From positions 128,001 through 192,000 of the forward strand of contig JAZSKX010000018.1 in the NCBI GenBank assembly GCA_045535075.1: a stretch of 64,000 nucleotides of DNA. The letters are read 5' to 3'. Shown here one piece after another: positions 1 through 9,000 of this stretch. Position numbers and translations under genes: made by a program. Position 1 is the first letter of the stretch, and each line of letters begins with the position of its first letter. The notes below the pieces were generated by a model. That model was not told where the DNA came from. It saw only the letters and a list, made by a program, of their open reading frames with translations, and searched no databases. This DNA is from Candidatus Spyradenecus sp. (GTDB lineage Bacteria; Verrucomicrobiota; Verrucomicrobiia; Opitutales; UBA953).

Positions 1-3000
1 CGTTGCCGAACGAAGTTGCCTGCCGAGCCGTTGCAACAGCATTATCAGCCTTCAGGCTAAAGGTTCCGACAAACTCATCGCTGTCGGCAGTCAGAATCAG
101 ACGATCCGCCAAAGCATAGTTGACCGTTCCTTCGCCTTTCAGTTCCTTACCGAAACTTCCTCCGAACGCCAAGTCAAGCTGTGCGTTACGAATCACTTCA
201 AGCGTTGTGCTCTTACGGCTATCGCCGAGCGCTCCCGCGTCTGCCAGCTTCAGCGTTCCTTCCGCGACAAGCGCGTTCCCGCCGAACATCGCATTTGAAT
301 GTGCGAGAGTCAGCGTTCCGCCGCCGGATTTTCTGAAGTCGCCCAAGCCGGAGAATGCGAGCATGAATGTAGCATCCTTAGACGAAGCCACTTCCAAAAC
401 AGCACCTTCCGCGATAGTCGTTTTCGCCGAACCGATTGCATCAACCTCCATCAATTTCAGCGTTCCCGCAGCGATATTGACGAAATCTTCCGAGGTAAAC
501 GCACTCATTTTGGAAGCAACCGTAAGAGTGCCTTCTCCGAGCTTTTCAAAGCTCCAAACCCCGTCGCCGACCTTGCCGGTGAAGACGGTATCCAAATCCG
601 CAAAGCCTGTGGCTCCGAATTTCTGCGTGTCCACGAGAAGCGTTCCCGTAGCATTCTCCGCCAAAACAAGGTCGCTTGCAAACTGCGAAGCATTATTCGC
701 AGAGAGATTCAAGCGCACCGTTGCTCCGTCCGCGAGCGTCGTCGCTCCGGTATAATCATGAGCGGAATTAAGAATCAGGCTTGCGTCTTTACCGACAGTA
801 ACCGTTCCCGCGCCCGTGATTTTATAGGAATCGGAGGCGGCGATTGTCAAATCTGCGCCGTCATTTACGCTCAACGATGTCGGAGCGACATTCGAACCGA
901 GGCTCACCGTTGCGTCGCTTGCAAAGGTAACACGGTCGGAATTCATGTAAGCCGTATCCGTTGCTTTGCTTGAGTCGTTGTTCTTCCAAGACTTTCCGTC
1001 GCCGGTCGCCCAAGTTCCTTCCGAAGCATTCCACGTCAGGCTGTAAATTTCGTTCGTAAGCGAGAGCGATCCGTTTGTGCCGAGTTCGAGGCTTGCGCGG
1101 TCAGAGAGCGCCGCGCCGGAACCGATTGTGAAGTTGCCCTTGTCGAGCGCCGTCCAACCGTCCAAAGTTGCACCGGTGTTTACATCAAAGACTTTGTAAA
1201 CGACCGTTGCCGTCTCGCCGAGAGTGTTCGGAGAGGTGTGCGTCGGATAATCATCCGCTGTGAAATCACTCAAATTGAACACTAGGGCATCGGACTTCGT
1301 AATCGTCGTCGTTCCCGTAACGATGAGCGAAGCTGCATCCTTTCCGCCGAGAACAATTGTTCCGCCGGAAAGTTCGGTTGCGCCGGCAAGCGTTACCGCC
1401 GCCGCAGAAACATCTAAAGTTCCGCCGTTCGCAGTCAACGCGTCTAACGTTGTTCCCGTAGCGGAAACCTTCAGAAGAGCCACCGCATTGTTTCCAATTT
1501 CGACATTTCCAAGCGTTCCGCCTGCCAAGTCAATATTTGCAACATTCGTTCCCGTAGCGAGCGTCAACTTTCCGATATCGGATTTCTTGAGCGTTCCCGC
1601 GCCGGAAACAGTAGCTTCAAGGGCGTAGTCATCAGCAGTGCTGAGCTCCAAAATCCCTCCGGCAACTTTCAGAGAGCCGGCGCCGGAGAGTTTTCCGGAG
1701 AGAGTCAGCGTATTGGAACGCACCTTTTCAAGCGTCGTTCCCGCCTCAAGAGAAACGGTTCCGGCGAAGCTTTGGTCCTTCAAACCTCCGAAGGAAAGCG
1801 CACCCTCCTTCACGGAAATCGAACCCGTTCCCGCGAGCGCTCCCGAAAGCGTCAACGTATTCGCTCCGATTTTTTCGAAAGCCTTGGACGCATTGACCGT
1901 AAGCGTTCCCGCAAAGCTCTGAGCGTTTGCACCGCCGACGGCAAGAGTCCCGTCCGAAACCGTAATCGCAGACTTGGAGTCGCCCTTAATTATTTCCGAG
2001 ATTGTAAACTTCTCGGAGCCGACTTTTTCGAATGTAGCCGATCCGCTAAGTTCCAGCGTTCCCGCGAAATTGCTTGCCGAATTCGCTTTGAGCGTTGCTC
2101 CCGAATCCACGGTAAGCGTTCCCGTGAGTTCGCTCACATCGCCGGAGAGCGTAGCGGATTTTGCCAAACTCAAACGTCCGTTACCGGAGAAATCGTTCTC
2201 GAATCCGGCGTCGGCGCCACCAAGCGTCACGCTACCGGAAACTTCGACGGAACTTTCACCGAACGCCTTCGCATTCTGCGCGATTGCGTTTCCGGAAACA
2301 GCCGTTTTCCCAGTGTAAGTATTCGCCTGAGTCAATGTCACGGTCCCTTCGCCCGAAAGCGTCAGCGCTGCATTATCCGGCGTCGAGCCCGTAATCACAT
2401 TGTTGACAACGACCGAGGTTTCCTTCGCCGCAGCGACTTCAAGGGTCCCGCCGGAAAGCGAAAGCGTTCCCGTGCCCAAAGCGTTTGTTTCCGAAACAAG
2501 AATCTTTCCTTCTTTGAGCGATACCGCGCCGCTGTAAGCGTTTTGGCTCGCATCCGCAGCCAATGTTCCCGCACCCAGTTTTTCGAATCCGACAGAACCG
2601 GAAAGCGTATTGGCTCCGTTGAGTGTCGCGGAGAACGAAGCGTCAATTGTATTATTCAAAACAAACGTTCCCGTTCCGGAAACTTTATTTTTAAATGTCG
2701 GGACCGCACCGGCGACGACGGAGAGCTGGAAGCTTGCCCCGTTTCCGACAGTTGTCGTTCCGCCCAAAACCGATCCGAAGCCTTTCAAAGTCAAATCGAC
2801 GTTATCGGCAACGACGATTTCTGCCGGAATGAGATTCCCGGAAATTTCGACTTCGGCGTTATTTTCGAAGCGTACGGTGTCGTAATCGGCAAACGCGATT
2901 CCGGCGCCGTCGCTCAATTCCCAGTTCATCTTCTGATTATCCCACGTTCCCGTGCTTCCGGCGTTCCAGATAATCGTTTGAGAGGTGAGCGTAATCGTTA

Positions 3001-6000
3001 CGTCGCCGCTGTTTCCGATGTCGACATTATAGTGAGCATCGATTTCTTTCCCGGAAATACGGATATCTTCAAAGCCGACCTTGTCCCAGCCGATGAGCGT
3101 AAGACCGGAGTCAAACACTTGGACGCTTGCCGTCTTTGTATTCGGATCATCCGTATCCTGCAACGACAGGTTTTGGAAGTTGAAGATGAATCCGTCGCTG
3201 ATTTCAACACTTGCCGTTCCGGTAAAGTATGCAGTCTCATGAAGGCTTTCGAGAGAGAGCGTTCCCGCTTTCAGGGCGAGAGTTCCTTCGAGAGCGACCG
3301 AATCCGCCGCCGTCACGGCAACCGTTCCCGTAGCTTTATCGAGCGTCCAATTTTTCATTGTTCCGCCGGAGACGCTTGCGCTGACGGATGCGGTCGACGT
3401 ATCCAAGTTCAACCCGGCGAGCGTTCCGCCTTCGAGAACAAAGGTTCCGTTAAATTCGCCGAGACTTGCGGATGCAATATTCATCGTTCCCGCGACTTGG
3501 CGAATATTTCCGTCTCCGCTGACAGTAGTTGCGAGAGTTGTAATCACATCATCGGCGGAAGCATTTATGAGAGAGGTGTCTTTTTCGAGTTTGACGATGC
3601 CGCTTGCCGTCGTATTGGCCGTCGGCGCGTACTTGAGAGCCGAACCGCCCGCGATTTCCGCGACGACGCTGTCGGAACCGAGCTTTCCGGCGACCGTCAA
3701 AGTTGCCTTGTCCGTCACGGCATATTTTCCGCTAAACGTATTTACCCCGCCAAGAGTCGTATCTCCCTTCGCGTTGACCGTTCCCGTGCCGGCAATAACG
3801 TTATTAACCGCAGTGGATTCTACAGCTCCCGTTTCGAGTACGCCGTCCTTAGCGATAGTAAGCGTTCCCGTGCCGAGTGCGCTGTCGCTGCCAACCTTAA
3901 GCGTTCCGCGAGCAATCGTCGTCCCGCCGGAATACGTATTTTCGCCCGAAAGCATTACCGTTCCCGTGGAGTCGAGTTTTACGGAGCCGCTGCCTTCGAT
4001 TACCTTGGAAACTTCCAAACTCGCGTCCGCATTAACGACATCCCACGCGAGCGTTCCGCCGCTAAGCTGAATGCGTTGATTCGTTTCGTTTTCGACAACA
4101 TAGCTCGTTCCCGCTCCCGAATAGCGATAAGTGGATTCTCCGCCGTTGACCGTAAATCCGACGCGCGCACTCGTTTCCGGGCTCTGCGCCGCCGTCACTT
4201 CAAGAACCGAATTTGCATTCAAACGAATGCGATCCGAATTGAAATTCGCACCGAAATTGGAACCGGCACCCCAAGCCATATTGGCAATTTTAACTGTCCC
4301 GCCGTTGACGACGAGCGTTCCGTTGCCTCCGGAATCTTCCTTACGGGAAGCCTGTGTCAAATCAAGTGTTGCGTCCGCCCCGACGGTAATCATTCCCGGA
4401 TTATTGAACGTTCCCAAGATAGCGACATTCGCGTCCGCAACGATTTTCAGATCCTTTCCATTGAAGTCCAAATTAGCGGAACTTGCCGTATTGAACGTAA
4501 GGTCGCCGCCTGCCGTAACCGCGTTAACAAAGCGGACAGTTCCGTCGTCAATCTTAATTGTACCCGGCGTAACCGTCGTATTGCACAGGAAGAACGTATT
4601 GGAACCGGTTTTGGTGAGCGTGTGTCCCGCCAAATCAAGCGTGTTGGCGCCCCATCCGCTGGAAACCATACCGAAGTTGGAAGTTCCGCCGACGGACGAA
4701 TCCGCCGTAAGCGACATTCCGCCCGCAAGCTGTTTGGAACCGTCTCCGATTTCGTCGCCGGTGTTAATCAAAGCACCGCCGGCGAGGATATAATTGCCGT
4801 AGTTCTTGTCTCGCGTTTGACCGTTCAAATCAAGCGTTCCGTTTTCGCCGATGACGACGGAAACCGTTGCCGCGCCAAGTGCAGAAGACTTGCCCAGCTT
4901 CAGCGTTCCCTCGGAAACAAGTAAAGTTCCTTCAAACCATTCTTTCTCTCCGGAAAGCACGAGCGTTCCCGCGCCGAGCTTTTCAAAGATTCCGTCACCG
5001 TAATCGTAAACCGTTCCCGCGTAGGTCGCCGTTTCGCCCTCCGAGACAGAAAGACCGAAAGCGCCTTCCTGAATTTGAACCGTTTGGAGCACTTCCGAAG
5101 CGTCGGCAGCGACAACCAATTTACCTTCGCCTTTTTTGACGATGCTTCCGCTTGTCGCGACCGTTTTTTCAAAGGCAATCGTTGCGTCTTTTACAACGGA
5201 AACTTCGCCCATGCCGGAAAGCGTCCCGGCGTCGTCGCTACTCGCGGCGAAAACAAGCTTTGCCGCCGTTCCCGCATCGTCCGCAAGCCCCGTGAAAGTA
5301 TAATTTCCGAGAACATTCAAACGCTTTGCGTTGACTTCTCCTTTAATGGTTGCGGTTTCCGTCGCGTCTGCCGCCGTTGCCATGAACTTGTACTTCCGGA
5401 GCGTCGGAGCCGCAGAATAATCTTTCCCGTTAAACTGCGAAGCCGACCAAATCTTGTCGTTTCCGGGCTCGGTCGCATCGGGATTCCAAACGAGCGTGAG
5501 ATAATTTTCGCCCGCCGTAAAAATCACATTCTTAGAGGCGTCTACGGAAATCGTTCCCGCACCCGTTCCTCCGGAGACGATAAAGTCTTCCGCCGTTCCC
5601 GCGTAATTCGTGAACAGCGTCATCGTCAGATTGTCGTCATCGAAGTCAACACCGGAAACATCAATGGTCGTCTTAGAGAAGCTGACATCCGTAAGCGCGA
5701 CACCGGAGAAGCTCGTATCAACGGACTCCGTGAAATACCAGACCCCGCCGGAAACATTCCCTTCGCCGTCTTCAACGCCGCCAAAGCTCAAATTTTTCAC
5801 ACTTCCGGAGGCTTTAACGGACACATTGCCGGTAAGTTTGATTGCATCGCTGACGCCGTCGGCTTTCGTCAGATTCCCGCCGGCAAGCGTCAATGTGCCC
5901 GAACCGACAGCGGAAGCACTCCCTACGGCAAGTGTTCCGTTTTCAAGAATCGTGCCGCCCGAATAGTTATTATTTCCGGAAAGCAAGACCGTTCCCGCGC

Positions 6001-9000
6001 CCGTAAGTTTAACGGAGCCGATTGCGGAAATCGTCTTTGCAATGTTCAAGACGGCATCCTTATCGACAACATCGAGCGTAAGCGCTTTCGAGATGTTAAT
6101 CGCTCCTCCTCCGGCATTGATATAGCTCGTTCCCGTACCGGAATAACGATAAGTTCCTTCGTTGACCGTGAGCCCGGCGGATTCGCTTCCGCTCGCCTGC
6201 GCCGCCGTTACATCGAGAACGCCGCCGTCCCTGAGGGTAATGCGATCCGAATTAAAATTCGCTCCGAAATTGGAGCCTGCGCCCCAATTCATTTTTGCCA
6301 TCTTGACCGTCCCGCCGGCGATAACGAGCGAACCGCTCCCGCCGCCGTTTTCCTTACGGGAAGCCTGCGTCAAATCAAGCACCGCGCCCTTATTAACGGT
6401 AATCGTTGCCGGGCTGTTAAAGGTTCCGGCAATGGTAACATTCGCATTTTCGAGAATCTCGAAATTCTTGCCGTTGAAGCCCAAGTTAGCAGAATCCGCG
6501 ATATTAAATGTAACGTCGCCGTCCGCTTTCAGCGTATTAACAACTTGAATGACACCTTCCTCAACCTCAATGGTCCCGGACGTAATCGTCGTGCTGGCGA
6601 GGAAGAACGTATTAGAGCCGGTCTTTGTAAGCGTGTTCCCGCCGAGCTCAAGCGTATTCGCCGCATAGCTACTGGAAATCATCCCGAAGTTTGCCGTTCC
6701 GCCGACGGACGAATCCGCCGTGAGCACAATCGTTCCCGCACCGGAGGCAATTTGAGCATTTCCGGAGCCCGTTTCAACACTTGCGGACAGCATCCCGCCG
6801 GCGAGGATGTACTTGTTGGTAGAGCCGTCCATGTTTACGGCGAGATCTAAAACGGCACCGTTGCCGACCGTAATCAAGCCGCTTCCCAAAGCATTCTTAT
6901 TCGTAATTTTCAGCGTTCCGTCGCTGACGAGCGTTCCGCCGGAATAATTTTGGGCAGACGAAAGTTCGAGCGTTCCCGCACCGAGTTTCTCAAAACTACC
7001 GGAGCCGGAAATCGTTCCCGCAAACGTCACCGTTCCGTCTGCGACGCTGAGTCCGAACGCGCCTTCCGCAATATTGACAGAGTCAAAGACTCCGGTAGCA
7101 TCTGCCGCGACGACAAACGTTCCCGCGCCTTCCTTGGCCAGCGCCCCGCTCGTCGCAATCGTTTTGTCGAAAGTAAGGGTTTTTCCTTCGTCAACCGTTA
7201 CCTTGCCGTCAATTGTCAGCGCCGAGGTTTCTGCCGTTCCCGTCGAAAGGGTCGCGCTTTCCGTTGCCGTAATGCTTCCGACAACAATATTTCCGGCAAC
7301 CGTAACATTTGCATTCGCAGAACCGAATGTAACGGAGTCGCCGTTTTCGAAAGTCGTTGTTCCGCCGGCAGCCTGGCTTGCCCAAAGCGTTGCGCCGCGA
7401 TTTTCCCATTTTGCATCCGCGGAATCCTGCCAGATCAAATCCGTATAAACTTTCTTCACCAAGTCGAGAACCAGCTTGTTGTCCTCAACGGAGAATACCG
7501 CACTCGCGCGGGAAGAAGTTTCGCCGCCGAAAGAAAGGTTGCTTTCACTCAGAGCGGAAGTATCTAAATTGAGCGTTCCCGCGCTGATAAGTTCGTAGGT
7601 TCCGCTGGAGAAATTCGCAGCAAAATCGAATTTGATGTCGGAGCTCAAATCTGCGGTCCCCGCCACCGAATACGCCGTTCCCGTGAAAACGGAACCGAAC
7701 GCGAGTGTTGCCCCGGAAGCCAAAGTCAAATCTCCTGCCGAGACGGAGGCATCCCCGCGCCCGAGCGTCGCGCCGGAAGCAACCGAAACCGTTCCCGTGC
7801 CAAGCGCGGAAGCACTTCCCGCGACAAGTTTGCCCGCCGAAACGCTTATGTTGCCGTCGAGCGTATTTTCACCCGAAAGCGTGATTGTTCCCGTCGAATT
7901 GACGACGATTTCGCCGCTTCCCGAAAGTGCATTTGCGAAATTGCCGCTTCCGGCGGAAAATTCCAAGGTTGCGCCGGATTCAACGGCAAGCGCGCCCGTA
8001 CCGAGCGCCGTCGCCGAAGCCGCGATAAGTTTGCCTTCCGCAACCGTTCCGCCCTTAATCCAGTAGCGATTATCGCCGGAAAGCTTCATCGTTCCCGCGC
8101 CGGTTTTGGTAAGAGCAGTCTGCACATCCGGTTGTTGGGTGTAAATCTGTCCGTAATTGGTCAGCCAACCGGAAACTTCCAAATCAACACCGTCTGCCGT
8201 CGTTCCCTTGGCAACGTTGAAGGTCCCGTTTTTACGCAAGCCGATAGTTGCAGAAATAAGCGCCGTAGTATCGGAAGCCAACGTTGTGATTCCCTGATTA
8301 GAATCATAAAGGTCGATCTTGGAATTTTCACCGCTTACGCCGGCAGTTCCCGTAACTTTACCGCCTTTAAGCGTAATTCCTCCGGTAAACGTCTGATTTT
8401 GTCCGCCGCTCGGCGTTGCATCTGTTTCAATGCGCAATTCCCCGCCTTCGTTAACAATGAGCGATGTAATCGCGGTGGCGCCTCCGCCCCAGCCGGTCGC
8501 ATCACCGGCAGTCAGGCGGACAAGCCCTCCGTCATTGACCGTTACGGTCCCGCGGAGCACGCTGGACTGCCCGCCGGCTGCAAGAGTGAGCTCTGCGTTT
8601 TCAACCGTTATTCCGTTTGTCGCAGTCGTCTCGCCGCCGGAGAAATTCGCCGTTCCGCCGGAAATTTTCAAGGTTCCGACCGTATTTGTTCCGCCGGAAA
8701 CGGCAAGAGAGCCTTCCGAAACTTGGAGCGTTCCGTCAAATCCGAAGCCGGAAAGAGAAATCGTTCCCGCGCCGATTTTTTCAAGCGTTCCCGAGCCCGA
8801 GAACATCGAAGGCAAGGCGACACTTTGATCCGCGCTTACCGAGAAGCCGAGCGTCGCGCCTTCCGAAATTTCCGCCATAATTGCGGACTTCAAAGACTCT
8901 GCAGACAGAAGATTGACGCGGCCTTCCGTAATTTGAGCGCTTGAGAACAGCGATGCTGCCGCGCCGGACAACTCGAGCGTTCCCGTGCCCGCTTTTTTAA

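Noticed and set aside
1772..6850. Long + strand ORFs (1050 aa, 591 aa) and many shorter ones in 1-12 kb
   Set aside because: Antisense shadows of the giant minus-strand gene; Arg/Ser-rich with no recognisable domains.
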